From: Thermoleophilia bacterium
Lineage (GTDB): Bacteria; Actinomycetota; Thermoleophilia; RBG-16-64-13
Direction: 5' to 3'
NCBI GenBank assembly: GCA_040772905.1
Contig: JAXGXJ010000010.1
Coordinates: 26,701 to 90,700, forward strand
DNA length: 64,000 bases
Shown: piece after piece, positions 31,077 through 40,407 of the stretch
Numbering within the stretch: position 1 is the stretch's first letter
Layout: every line of letters starts with the position of its first letter
Translations under genes and position numbers: made by a program
Notes under the pieces: model-generated
What the model was told of the DNA's origin: nothing
What the model saw: the letters and a program-made list of their open reading frames with translations, nothing else
The model's database searches: none

Positions 31077-32570
31077 ATGGCAGACGAGTCCCATGATCGA
31101 CACGAGCATGGAGAAGGACTGTCGGGCCGAAGTGTCAGCCGCCGTCATTTCCTGAAGATCGCCGGCGCAGCCGGCGCCGCGGTGGGGATGGGCAGCGGTC
31201 TGGGTGGTCTGCTTGCCGCCTGTGGCGATGCTGAAGAGACCACGACGACTGCCGCGAACGGAGGCGGCGCGACCACCACCAGCGCCGCGACCACAAGCAC
31301 CACCGCGGCAAGTACCACCACGAGCGCGGGCGCCGAGATGGGAGCCGAGATCGTCGTGGGTTTCGTGACCCCTCTCACCGGACCGCTGGCTTCTTTCGGC
31401 CTACCCGACCAGTACTGTGTGGACCGTTGGAGAGAGTTCATCGGCGACGGCATCGACGGCGGAGACGGCAAGAAGCATCCGGTCAAGATCGAGGTGCAGG
31501 ACAGCCAGTCGGACGTGGCCCGCGCTTCGCAGGTGGCAGGCGACCTGATCAACAACAACAAGGTCGACCTGATGATGGTGGCCTCCACCCCGGACACGGT
31601 GACACCGGTGGTCGAGCAGTGCGAGGCCGCCGGCGTTCCCTGTGTGTCCACCGACTGTCCGTGGCAGACGTATCTGGGCCAGAACATGGAGACCGGCTAC
31701 AAGTGGTCGTACCACGTGTTCTTCGGCGGTGAGGACTGGATCACCGAGAACTGGGCGGTCTACGAGCAGATCCAGAGCAACAAGAAGATCGGGGCCATGT
31801 TCGACAACACGGCCGACGGTCTCTTCTTCGCCGAGGAGATCCCGCCGTTCATGGAGCCCAAGGGCTACACCATCGTGGACCCAGGTCGGTTCCAGCCGGG
31901 CACCGAGGACTTCACCCAGCAGATCTCGGCCTTCAAGCGCGAGGGCGTCGAGCTCATCACCGGCAACATGATCCCGCCCGACTTCACCAACTTCTGGAAA
32001 GCGGCGGCGCAGCAAGGCCTGAACGTGAAGGCGGTCATGATCGGCAAGTGCCTGCTGTTCCCGCAGTCGGTCGACGCTCTCGGCCCCATCGCCAACGGGC
32101 TGGTCAAGGAGCTGTGGTGGCACCGCACCTTCCCCTTCAAGTCGTCACTCACGGGCGAGACCTGCGCCGAGTTGGCCGACGACTTCGAGGCCAAGACGGG
32201 CGAGCAACAGACGGCGCCGCTGCTCCATTACGTGATCGGGGAGATGGCTCACTACGCCCTGACGAACGCGACCGACCCCAAGAACAAGGACGCCATCCTC
32301 GCCGCCATCGAGACCATGAAGGTCGACACCATCGTCGGCCCAATCGACTTCACCGCGCCGCTGGTGGAGAAGAACGGCGACCGCGTCACCAGTTGGCCGG
32401 CGGGGCCGGGCCACAAGACGAAGAACGTCTACGACCACGGTTTGGGAGCCGCCCAGTGGCTCATGCTGGGCGGGAAGTGGAACTTCGAGGAAGTGCCCAT
32501 CGACAAGACCGCTGCCCCGTACATGCCCGACGACACCATCGTTGCACCCAAGCCTCTGCCCATCAGTTGA
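31077..32570 (+). CDS. TAT-exported lipoprotein, ABC-type substrate-binding protein (LivJ/Peripla_BP_6-like)
   Basis: SRRHFLKIAGAAGAAVGMGSGLGGLLAACG carries a twin-arginine motif plus lipobox. A Thr/Ala linker follows, then VGFVTPLTGPLASFG, which is typical of cluster-B binding proteins. It is a paralog of 37201..38649. Confidence 0.8.
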   Translation: MADESHDRHEHGEGLSGRSVSRRHFLKIAGAAGAAVGMGSGLGGLLAACGDAEETTTTAANGGGATTTSAATTSTTAASTTTSAGAEMGAEIVVGFVTPLTGPLASFGLPDQYCVDRWREFIGDGIDGGDGKKHPVKIEVQDSQSDVARASQVAGDLINNNKVDLMMVASTPDTVTPVVEQCEAAGVPCVSTDCPWQTYLGQNMETGYKWSYHVFFGGEDWITENWAVYEQIQSNKKIGAMFDNTADGLFFAEEIPPFMEPKGYTIVDPGRFQPGTEDFTQQISAFKREGVELITGNMIPPDFTNFWKAAAQQGLNVKAVMIGKCLLFPQSVDALGPIANGLVKELWWHRTFPFKSSLTGETCAELADDFEAKTGEQQTAPLLHYVIGEMAHYALTNATDPKNKDAILAAIETMKVDTIVGPIDFTAPLVEKNGDRVTSWPAGPGHKTKNVYDHGLGAAQWLMLGGKWNFEEVPIDKTAAPYMPDDTIVAPKPLPIS

Positions 32571-32632
32571 CCGCCGTCACAGCCCGGCCGCTGCCGAGTG
32601 GCGGTGCGGAGATAGCGGAGCGGAGATGCACA

Positions 32633-32665
32633 GTGGGGCGCCGCAAGGCGCCCCACTTCTTCCTC
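32633..32665 (+). terminator. Rho-independent terminator
   Basis: GTGGGGCGCC-gcaa-GGCGCCCCAC is a 10 bp GC stem followed by TTCTTCCTC. Confidence 0.65.
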
Positions 32666-32758
32666 ATGAATCGCGATCATCCTCTGGCAGCGGACGCCTG
32701 TACGCTGGCACTAAACGCTCGTACCGTTGTTTTCGCCTGCTCGGGGAGCGTTTCGCGC

Positions 32759-32786
32759 TTGACAACGCCAGCGAGGCGAGTAATAT
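32759..32786 (+). promoter_or_regulatory. Near-consensus sigma70-type promoter
   Basis: TTGACA (32759-32764), a 16-nt spacer, then TAATAT (32781-32786). It lies in a convergent intergenic gap with no downstream plus-strand CDS. Confidence 0.55.
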
Positions 32787-32792
32787 AGTGGA

Positions 32793-32947
32793 CAGAGTCC
32801 CAAGAGCTCAGACGCAGCATCTGAGGAGCTTACAAAGGGACCCGCAGAGGAAACGCGGAAACAAATGACCGCGAAGTACAGAGAAGCGGGGACGAAGTAA
32901 GAGCCAGTGAAAGATGCAAAGCGAGTCCACTTGGGACTCTCTTTTTG
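32793..32947 (+). ncRNA. Candidate small RNA of about 150 nt, class unknown
   Basis: It starts just downstream of the promoter above. It ends at the hairpin GAGTCC-acttg-GGACTC (32923-32939) followed by TCTTTTTGTG. The 5' segment AGAGTCCCAAG (32794-32804) is complementary to CTTGGGACTCT (32930-32940). The body is purine-rich with six GGA motifs. Confidence 0.35.
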
Positions 32948-32952
32948 TGCGT

Positions 32953-33111
32953 CTAGGCCCCGTCTTTGGGCTTGAACTTGCGGTTGAGAGTCAGGCCCGT
33001 GGCCACCAGGATGAGCGCGAGTACGATCATCCCGATGGAGAGTGCGTTGGGGGCAAGCCCTATCCAGGCGACGCCCATACCGATCACCGCCCCCGCGATG
33101 ATGAAGAACAC
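32953..33111 (-). CDS. Possible small hydrophobic protein of 52 aa
   Basis: A GTG-initiated reading frame gives VFFIIAGAVIGMGVAWIGLAPNALSIGMIVLALILVATGLTLNRKFKPKDGA, with two predicted TM helices. It is below the track length cut-off, has no clear RBS, and an upstream in-frame stop limits it. Confidence 0.3.
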   Translation of the reverse strand: MFFIIAGAVIGMGVAWIGLAPNALSIGMIVLALILVATGLTLNRKFKPKDGA

Positions 33112-33225
33112 ACCCAGGGCATCAAGCTGCTTGTCGGTAGGTCTTTTCGTCTCGCCGCCTTCGGTCGCAGTTGCTGAAGCCGAGGAAACCTACCAGTGAC
33201 GGGGGCGCGCGTCAACCCTGCCCCG

Positions 33226-35928
33226 TCAGACTCCTCCCTCGTCCGCGCGTTCCAACACCCGCTCAAGACATAGGCCCGCGCCTTCGTGATAGGGACGATC
33301 GAACGCCTCCGGGTACTGCCGGCGCAGCTCGTCCATGTCGGCGCGCTCGACCTCGACCAGGAAGCCGCTGGAGACCATACCGGCCGACTTCTTGGAGGTG
33401 AGGTTGTGCGGGGTGAGCGTGTTGATGGCTCCACCCCGGTCGATCTCACCGGGCACGATGGGATCGTAACGGGCGCCGTGGTCGACGTAGACCACACCCG
33501 GCATGAGCCTCTCGGTGACATACGCCCCGCACAGCACCACACCGCGCTCGTTGTAGATCTTCACCACATCGCCGCTCTTGATGCCGCGTTCGGCAGCGGT
33601 GGCCGGGTTCAGCCAGGCGGGCTCGTACTTGTAGCCGTCGGGTCCCTTGACCTTGCACGTGGGGATCTCTCTGGTCCAGGCGATGTCATCGTGGTTGGCG
33701 TGACAGCGCCAGCGCGGATGGTTGGATATCACCAGCAGGGGATATTTGGCCGACCGCGTGCTGGACAGAGCCTCGTCGTGGCTCACACCCTTCTCGATCC
33801 AATGGGGCACCGGCGGGCGCTCCTCGTCATCGGGGAAGTGGTGGGCAAGGTTCTGGGAGAAGAACTCCACCTTGCCCGACGGCGTCTTGAGGGGATGGTT
33901 CTGCGGATCTTCGTAGAAATCCTTGAGACCCCGCGTGTACGTGTCCCACACCGGATCGGTGGGGACGACGTAGTACCCCTTCTCCTTGAACTCTTCCTGG
34001 CTGACCATGTCCTGCACGCCTGAGTGGGCGAAACCGGTCTCGAGCAGATCCTCGATGCTCCTGCCGCCGGTGTAGGCCTCCAAGAGCCCCAGTCGCTCCG
34101 CCACCTTGCATACGATCTCGTAGTCGCTGAACGACTCTCCGCGCGGCGCGATGGCCTGCTCCTCGTTCATGACCAGGTAGAACTGGCCGCCCATGGTGTC
34201 GGTGGCGATGTCGCTCACCTCGAACTTGGTGTTGGCCGGCAGGATGATATCGGCGAACTGACAGTCGTTCTCCATCCAGGGATGCTGGGCCACGATGCAC
34301 TCGATCGAGGGGCTCTGAAGCGCCCTGATATAGGTGTTCGAATCGTTCCAGCACGTGATCCAGCAGGGAGAGTCGGTCCAGATCATGTGTACCTCGGGGC
34401 AACCCGGCGCCGGGTAGGTGTACTGCACGAACTGATCTTCAAGGGGGAAGGTGCAGGAGGTGGTGCCGTACCAGCTGATGGGCGGCTTCAAGATGGCGTC
34501 GTGGATGAGGTTCTTGGGGATGATCTGCCTGGGCACCTTGAGGGCACGCACGCTCTTGCCCGAGACGTCGCCGGTGCGATCGTCCTCGTTCTCGGTGGTG
34601 ATGAGCATGCCGCCCGTGTAGACGTGCTTCATGACGTTGGGCATGACCACGCCGCGCGGCATGGGGTTGGACTCCTCGAGCATGCGCCGGCCCCATTCCA
34701 GCATCTTCACCTGATGGACGCCCGGCTTACCCAGACCCTGCATGGTGAGCAGCAGCGCCTGCAGTCGCGCGGGCTCGGTGGCGTACGGCCCGCGGATGCC
34801 GGGACCGCCGTTGCCGATGAGGATGGTGGTGCGCTTGCTGGCCCACTGGTCGGCCAGCGCCTTGATGATCCGCACCGGGATGCGCGTGAGCGGAGAGGCC
34901 CATTCCGGCGTCTTCGGCTGACCGTCTTCCCGCCCCATGACGTAGTCCTGGAACTTGTCCACGCCGAACGCGTGGGTCTCGAGATACTCCTCGTCGTAGG
35001 TGCCGTTGGTGAACCACTGGTAGGCGATGGCGAGATACAGCGCCGCGTCGGTGTTGGGCAGGATGGGGATCCACTTGTCGGCGTGCACGGCGCCGCCGTA
35101 GTTGAGATCGGGCGATACGAAGATGCACTCGATGCCGATCTCGCGCCACCAATAGACCAACCGGCTGGCCATCTGCCCGTCGAAGGCCCACGGGGTGGTC
35201 TCGGGGTCGCAGCCCCAGAAGAGGAGCAGTTCGGTGTTCTCGCCGATATCGGGCATGAGGTTGCACACCGGCTCCATCTGCCCCACGGGTTCCATGCCCC
35301 AGGCATGCTTGGAGCCCCAGTAGGAACCCTCCCAGCTGTCGGAGTTGCGGATCTGCTGGGTGAAGCCGCCCAGAAGGTTGAACAGCTTGTTCTGACAGCC
35401 GTGAGTGCCGTGGACGATCTTGGTCTCGCCGTGGCCGTCACCCTGGGAAAGGATGGAATACGGTCCGTACGTGGTGTACTGACGTTTGATCTCGGCCGTG
35501 ACGAGGTCGAGGGCGTCGTCCCAGGAGATCTCCACATACTTGCTGATGCCGCGGTTCTGCGTGTTGCGTCCACCCGGTCCGGTGGAACCGGGGGCGCCGT
35601 TGGGGTCCCAGTCGACGCGCTTCATGGGATGCAGGATGCGGTTGGGCGAGTAGACCCGCTTCTTGTACGACAGGGCATAGGGCGGTACCAGCGACTTGTA
35701 CGACGGCTCCAGCACCTTTCCGCGGGCCTCCATGCGCCAGGCGTTGAAGCCCCCACGGTCGTACTTCCAGTCGTAGTGCAGCGGCCGCACGCGCACGACG
35801 CGCCCATCTTTGACGTCTACCACCGACGTGTTCGCGTCGCCGCTGCTCGGCGAGGAGATGAAGCTCAGGCCTTTTATTACCGACTTCTCTCCCATCGTCC
35901 CGCCGGTGTCGACATCTCGCTCGGCCAT
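33226..35928 (-). CDS. DMSO-reductase-family molybdopterin oxidoreductase, pyrogallol hydroxytransferase large-subunit (AthL)-like; no TAT signal and no N-terminal FeS Cys motif
   Basis: ORF 33226..35970 trimmed to MAERD (AGGAG RBS). The N-terminal VVDVKDGRVVRVRPL...ARGK...YSPNRILHPMKRVDWDPNG and NSDSWEGSYWGSKHAWG resemble, from memory, Pelobacter AthL. Size is 900 aa. Confidence 0.7.
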   Translation of the reverse strand: MAERDVDTGGTMGEKSVIKGLSFISSPSSGDANTSVVDVKDGRVVRVRPLHYDWKYDRGGFNAWRMEARGKVLEPSYKSLVPPYALSYKKRVYSPNRILHPMKRVDWDPNGAPGSTGPGGRNTQNRGISKYVEISWDDALDLVTAEIKRQYTTYGPYSILSQGDGHGETKIVHGTHGCQNKLFNLLGGFTQQIRNSDSWEGSYWGSKHAWGMEPVGQMEPVCNLMPDIGENTELLLFWGCDPETTPWAFDGQMASRLVYWWREIGIECIFVSPDLNYGGAVHADKWIPILPNTDAALYLAIAYQWFTNGTYDEEYLETHAFGVDKFQDYVMGREDGQPKTPEWASPLTRIPVRIIKALADQWASKRTTILIGNGGPGIRGPYATEPARLQALLLTMQGLGKPGVHQVKMLEWGRRMLEESNPMPRGVVMPNVMKHVYTGGMLITTENEDDRTGDVSGKSVRALKVPRQIIPKNLIHDAILKPPISWYGTTSCTFPLEDQFVQYTYPAPGCPEVHMIWTDSPCWITCWNDSNTYIRALQSPSIECIVAQHPWMENDCQFADIILPANTKFEVSDIATDTMGGQFYLVMNEEQAIAPRGESFSDYEIVCKVAERLGLLEAYTGGRSIEDLLETGFAHSGVQDMVSQEEFKEKGYYVVPTDPVWDTYTRGLKDFYEDPQNHPLKTPSGKVEFFSQNLAHHFPDDEERPPVPHWIEKGVSHDEALSSTRSAKYPLLVISNHPRWRCHANHDDIAWTREIPTCKVKGPDGYKYEPAWLNPATAAERGIKSGDVVKIYNERGVVLCGAYVTERLMPGVVYVDHGARYDPIVPGEIDRGGAINTLTPHNLTSKKSAGMVSSGFLVEVERADMDELRRQYPEAFDRPYHEGAGLCLERVLERADEGGV

Positions 35929-36050
35929 CGCTACTCCTGTCTTTCGTCGCCTCCTCACGGGGCCGTGCACATTACAGCCTCTGTGGCCAGCATAGAGCAG
36001 AGCGGCTGCTTAGAGGAAGCAGGCCATCGAGATGGCAGGGCAAACGAAAG

Positions 36051-36084
36051 ACCCGGTCGGATGACAGCAGTCATCCGACCGGGT
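36051..36084 (-). terminator. Rho-independent terminator after the amidohydrolase gene
   Basis: ACCCGGTCGGATGAC-agca-GTCATCCGACCGGGT is a perfect 15 bp stem. On the minus strand it is followed by CTTTCGTTTG. Confidence 0.7.
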
Positions 36085-36134
36085 CATAGCGTTCAACGCC
36101 GCATCTGGACGGCCTCCAGCCGGAACGCCCCCGA

Positions 36135-37160
36135 CTAGAGCGAGAACCCCAGCCGCGTGGGGTTCGTCTCGTACATCGCGGTCTCTTCCTCGGGGCTCAT
36201 CCCCACGCCGCTCAGGAACTGGTCGATCTCCTCGGTGCTCTCGTAGGGGTAATCGGTGCCCAACAGGATCCGCTCGATGCCGATGGACGCCTTCGTGCAG
36301 ACGAAGGCCGCGTCGTGATAGTTGCCGCTGGTGGTGGCGAACATGTTCTCGAGCAGGTACTCGCTGGGCCGCCTCTTGATCTGCGGCATGGAGCTCGAGC
36401 CTTTGGGCACGTGATACTGCAGGAACGACCGGTCCACGCGCTTGAGCAGGAAGGGCAGCGCTTCGCCGTAATGCCCCAGGATGATCTTCAGCTTGGGGAA
36501 CGCGTCGAAGACCCCGGCGAGGATGAGCCGCATCATCACCATGGAGGTCTCGATGCCGAAACCGAAGCTTGGTCCCGCCAAAGCGAGGCCGTAGTCGGTG
36601 AGCTGCGGGATGATGGGGAAGGTGGGATGCAGGTAGACGGGCACGTCCAACTCTTCCGCTTTGGCCAGGATGGGCCAGTAGCGCTTGTCATCCAGGTAGG
36701 AATCGCCGAAGTTGGAGTGCGTGTTCCACCCTCTGAAGCCCAGGTCCTTCACCGCGCGCTCGAGTTCCTTCACGGCTTCCTCGGGCTCGCGTGGCCCCAG
36801 GGTGGCAAAACCAAGATAACGGTCGGGATGACGGTCGATCGCCTCGGCCAGCTTGTCGTTGGCGTCTCGCGCGATGGCCGTGGCCAGCTTGGGTTCGAGC
36901 TGTTCCGGCGCCGGCGCGGTGTGTGAGATGACGGCCACGTCGATACCGGCCGCATCCATAGCCGCGATGCGGACGTCGTCCAGATCGAGCAGGCGATCCA
37001 CCAGCGCGTCCCCGAAGGGCTGCCAATAGTCCGGCGAGTGGTAGACATGCCGCTGGCCGGTCCCAGGATCGTCCACGAAACGCGGATACCCCTGGTTGTG
37101 GTAGAGCGCATCGACGTATGCCTGAGTGGCGAAATGGTTCTCGATGTCGATCTTCTTCAA
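36135..37160 (-). CDS. Amidohydrolase_2-family enzyme, hydroxybenzoate (gamma-resorcylate/LigW-type) decarboxylase-like
   Basis: MKKIDIENHFATQAYVDAL...RIAAMDAAGIDVAVISHTAP resembles the N-terminal E-x-H metal motif and layout of non-oxidative ortho-hydroxybenzoate decarboxylases. Confidence 0.7.
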   Translation of the reverse strand: MKKIDIENHFATQAYVDALYHNQGYPRFVDDPGTGQRHVYHSPDYWQPFGDALVDRLLDLDDVRIAAMDAAGIDVAVISHTAPAPEQLEPKLATAIARDANDKLAEAIDRHPDRYLGFATLGPREPEEAVKELERAVKDLGFRGWNTHSNFGDSYLDDKRYWPILAKAEELDVPVYLHPTFPIIPQLTDYGLALAGPSFGFGIETSMVMMRLILAGVFDAFPKLKIILGHYGEALPFLLKRVDRSFLQYHVPKGSSSMPQIKRRPSEYLLENMFATTSGNYHDAAFVCTKASIGIERILLGTDYPYESTEEIDQFLSGVGMSPEEETAMYETNPTRLGFSL

Positions 37161-37200
37161 GATGTACTCCCCTTGTGTTCCCCTTCTCGCAGGCTAGGAG

Positions 37201-38649
37201 CTATGCGTCCTCGTACTCCATGGGCTCAAGCTTCGACTGCACCGGGACCATGGGGCCACCCACGTTGCTGCAGATGAAGACGTCGAACGGCCACTTCTCG
37301 CCCTTGCGCCACTGACCGGCCAGATGAGGCGGCTTGTAGACGTTCTCCACCGGGCGCTGGCTGCCCATCTTCACGGGCGCGGTGAAGTCGATGGGTCCAT
37401 AGCACGTCTCCATGTTGGTGGCTTTCAACGCCTCGAGTATGGCGTCTTTGCTGTCGATGTCGGCCGTGCGCTTGAAGATGTCCACCGCCCATTCGATCTT
37501 GGCGTACTGGCCGACCATCGACGACCACTGGAACCCGGTCACCGCCTCGAACTCGTCCGCCAGCTCGCGGCAGGTCATGCCCGTCAACGAGTCCTTGAAC
37601 GGGTAGGTGGGATGCCAGGAGACCTCACTGAAGAGACCGTAGCCTGCCGGACCCATGGTGTCGAGCACGTAGGGGGTGTTGATCGCCTTCACGGTGCCGG
37701 CGATCTTCGGCCGGTAGCCCTGCTGCAGACACTGCTTCCAGAAGTTGGTGAAGTCGGGAGGGCTGGCCACGCCCATCTGGATCTCGCAACCGGCTTTCTT
37801 GAAGGCCGAGATCTGCGCGGTGTAGTCCTCGGAGCCAGGCTGGTACAGGGTGGGCTGCACCTGCGTGTAGCCGGCCGCTTCCAGAGCCGGGGGCATGCCC
37901 GTCTGCTCGTTGGCCCACGCCATGCCGTCGGAGTTGTTCGACCACAGCAGACCCACCACCTTGTTGGTGGGAACCTGCGACCACATGTCGAGCATACCGG
38001 CGATGCTCGTCTCCATGCCCAGCGCCTGTGCGTAAGTCCACTTGAAGGGCTTGTCCGGCGTGGCACCGCGCCCGAAGAAGTAGGACTGCCAGGGGTGGAA
38101 GTTGGAGATACACGGCGTCCCCAGGGCCTCGCACTGATCGGCCACCGGGTTGGCGGTATCGGCGGTGCCCGAGACCATGATGAGGTCGACGTTGTCGTTG
38201 TTCACCAGGTCGCCGGCCACCTGGGAGGCCCGGTTGGAGTCGGACTGGCTGTTACGCACCACGATCTCGACCAGATGCGACTTCTTGTCGCCGCCGATGA
38301 TGCCGTCGGGCAGAGCCTTCTGAGCGTGCGCCACCCACCACTTGTCGGCGACGGCGAAGTCGGCCAGAGAACCGGTCTCGGGTGAGACCAGGCCAAGCTT
38401 GATGGGACGCCCCTGCTCGGGTCCCGCCGTGGTGGTGGTCTCAGCGGCTGCGGTGGTGGCAGCTCCACCTCCCTGCGTAGTGGCGGCCCCGCTTGTCTGG
38501 GTGATGGCCGGACCAGCGGTGGTCACGGCAGCCTCCTCATCTCCACAGGCGGCCAGCAGTCCGCCCATGCCGGCACCCGCCCCCACCGTCGCTCCGGCCA
38601 CGGCAGCGATCTTCAGGAACTCCCGACGACTCACGAATCGGTCAGACAT
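37201..38649 (-). CDS. TAT-exported lipoprotein, ABC-type substrate-binding protein (LivJ/Peripla_BP_6-like)
   Basis: SRREFLKIAAVAGATVGAGAGMGGLLAACGDEE, then IKLGLVSPETGSLADFA. It is a paralog of 31077..32570. Confidence 0.8.
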   Translation of the reverse strand: MSDRFVSRREFLKIAAVAGATVGAGAGMGGLLAACGDEEAAVTTAGPAITQTSGAATTQGGGAATTAAAETTTTAGPEQGRPIKLGLVSPETGSLADFAVADKWWVAHAQKALPDGIIGGDKKSHLVEIVVRNSQSDSNRASQVAGDLVNNDNVDLIMVSGTADTANPVADQCEALGTPCISNFHPWQSYFFGRGATPDKPFKWTYAQALGMETSIAGMLDMWSQVPTNKVVGLLWSNNSDGMAWANEQTGMPPALEAAGYTQVQPTLYQPGSEDYTAQISAFKKAGCEIQMGVASPPDFTNFWKQCLQQGYRPKIAGTVKAINTPYVLDTMGPAGYGLFSEVSWHPTYPFKDSLTGMTCRELADEFEAVTGFQWSSMVGQYAKIEWAVDIFKRTADIDSKDAILEALKATNMETCYGPIDFTAPVKMGSQRPVENVYKPPHLAGQWRKGEKWPFDVFICSNVGGPMVPVQSKLEPMEYEDA

Positions 38650-38685
38650 GTGTTCTGTTTCCTCCCTCGATCGGAACTGGACACA

Positions 38686-40407
38686 CTATTGGATGGGCAC
38701 CACCGGCAGGATGAGGTGCGAAGGCCGCTCTTGGTCGAAGTAGATGGTGTCGCTGCCCACCTTGAGGCCGTAGTAGTGACCGCCGAAGTCAAGAGCGTTG
38801 GAATCGCCGTTGGCCAGTTCGAGGCGCAGACGATGGCCCTTGAGGAAGCGGTTGGACGTGCCCCAGATCTCGATCTCGTACTTGTAGACCTTGCCCGGTT
38901 CGATGGGCTGCGGGGCATCGTGGCGGTAGTAGGGACGGTAGGGGAGGCTGAGCGCCTCGTCCTTGGTCGCGGCGTGTGAGGCCTTCAGCCAACCGCGGGT
39001 GAGGATGCGTCCGGCCGGGGGCATACCCGGCATCTGCATCTCGTCGGGAAGCTGGTCCCAGATGCGGCATAGGAACTCGGTGTCCATCTGGTCGGAGGCG
39101 GCGTACAGCACCAGCACGATGTTGCCGATGACGTCGGTGTCCTTCTCGAACGGCGGCGTGGTGAAGGTAAGGATCTTCTTGCAGGGGTTGACCATCCCCC
39201 GCTCCATGACCGCGGTGCCGACACCGGAGAAACCGGTCCAGTCGGGATCGGGATAGTGATAGGTGAACGAGGCGTCGGCCTCGGTGGGCGCTTCCCAAGA
39301 GAGGCCACCGTCGTTGAGCGAGACCACAGCACCAGATCTTGCGCCCGAGAGATAGAGCTTGGTGTACTCCGTACGTGCCACGGGCCACTCGTTCTCGCGG
39401 CGGTAGCGCTCCTGGCCCCGCACGAACACGTTGACGGCCGGCTCGTCCATGATGCCGGTGTCGTTGCCCTTGAGCCAATGGTCGTACCAGCGCAGGAGGT
39501 TGTGACGCATCTCCTCCGACTCGAAGATGGCCACCTCGTCACCCTCGAAGTCGCCGTGGCAGAGCATGAGCTTCTTGGGCGTCTCGACCTCTTCGTAGCC
39601 GCGCAGGTTGCCGCGCAGATGGATGCCCACTTTGTGCAGGATGCCGATGCTGTAGACCGGGCATTTGATGTTCTTGAAGTCGGGATTGCGATCTTTCCAG
39701 AACTCGTCGTAGGTCTGGTGCTGCATGACGTTCCAGGCCAGGTCCCAGCTCCCCTGGTCGGGGTCCTCGCCCACGCGGCCCACGCGGTAGTGGCCGCGGA
39801 TCTCGGTGATGTGCCAGTTGCCGGGAAAACCGCTTGCCAGGATGCCGCCGTGGTAGGCCACGTCGCGGTACATGTCGGCGCCGCCGTCGAAGGGGACGAT
39901 GCAGGCCAGGCTGGGCGGCGCCAGCGAGGCCGCCATCCACTGGGTCCAGGCGTAGTACGACTCGCCGATCATGCCCACCTTGCCCGTGCACCAATCCTGC
40001 GCGGCGATCCACTCGATGACGTCGTAGTGGTCCAGGCGTTCGGGCATGCTGTGCCACTGCCACTGGCCCTCCACCGATTTGCCGCAACCGCGGATGTCGT
40101 GGTTGATGTAGACGTAGCCGCGCTCGACGAACCACTCGATCTTGTTGGTCTCGCGCATGTGGAAGGTGGGGACGGCGGGTAGGTAGTAAAGGTCTTTCTG
40201 GTAAGGCGATGACGCGTACAGGGCGGGGAACTCGCCGGGCGCGTCGGGGCGGTAGATGTCGACGGCCACGTGCACGCCGTCACGCATCTCGATGAAGACG
40301 TCCTTCTCGACCTTCACCTTGTACTTGGGCTGACTGAGCTTGTCCGCGGGGAAATCCTTGGGGAACATGGAGTCCATGATCTCCGGCACGAGTATCTCGG
40401 TGAACAT
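38686..40407 (-). CDS. CocE/NonD-family alpha/beta hydrolase (X-Pro dipeptidyl-peptidase S15 fold)
   Basis: ORF trimmed to MFTEILVPE (GGAGAG RBS). MRDGVHVAVDIYRPD..., the GMIGESYYAW nucleophile elbow (GxSYxG) and a C-terminal jelly-roll region. Confidence 0.8.
   Translation of the reverse strand: MFTEILVPEIMDSMFPKDFPADKLSQPKYKVKVEKDVFIEMRDGVHVAVDIYRPDAPGEFPALYASSPYQKDLYYLPAVPTFHMRETNKIEWFVERGYVYINHDIRGCGKSVEGQWQWHSMPERLDHYDVIEWIAAQDWCTGKVGMIGESYYAWTQWMAASLAPPSLACIVPFDGGADMYRDVAYHGGILASGFPGNWHITEIRGHYRVGRVGEDPDQGSWDLAWNVMQHQTYDEFWKDRNPDFKNIKCPVYSIGILHKVGIHLRGNLRGYEEVETPKKLMLCHGDFEGDEVAIFESEEMRHNLLRWYDHWLKGNDTGIMDEPAVNVFVRGQERYRRENEWPVARTEYTKLYLSGARSGAVVSLNDGGLSWEAPTEADASFTYHYPDPDWTGFSGVGTAVMERGMVNPCKKILTFTTPPFEKDTDVIGNIVLVLYAASDQMDTEFLCRIWDQLPDEMQMPGMPPAGRILTRGWLKASHAATKDEALSLPYRPYYRHDAPQPIEPGKVYKYEIEIWGTSNRFLKGHRLRLELANGDSNALDFGGHYYGLKVGSDTIYFDQERPSHLILPVVPIQ

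Noticed and set aside
32793-32947. Assignment of the candidate small RNA to 6S RNA, a CsrB-like RNA or a riboswitch
   Set aside because: End-pairing and GGA motifs are suggestive only. The length and internal structure do not match 6S RNA as I know it. No regulated gene lies downstream. It is kept as an unclassified candidate.
35929-36134. Possible Moco/Wco riboswitch in the 206-nt leader of the Mo enzyme gene
   Set aside because: I could find no resemblance to the Moco RNA motif as I remember it. Most of the gap is explained by the terminator of the upstream gene. An Rfam scan would settle it.
34024-36138. 704-aa ORF on the plus strand
   Set aside because: It is antisense to the AthL-like Mo enzyme and has a Gly/Val/Arg/His-rich shadow-frame composition. 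It also spans an intergenic terminator hairpin, which a real gene would not be expected to do.
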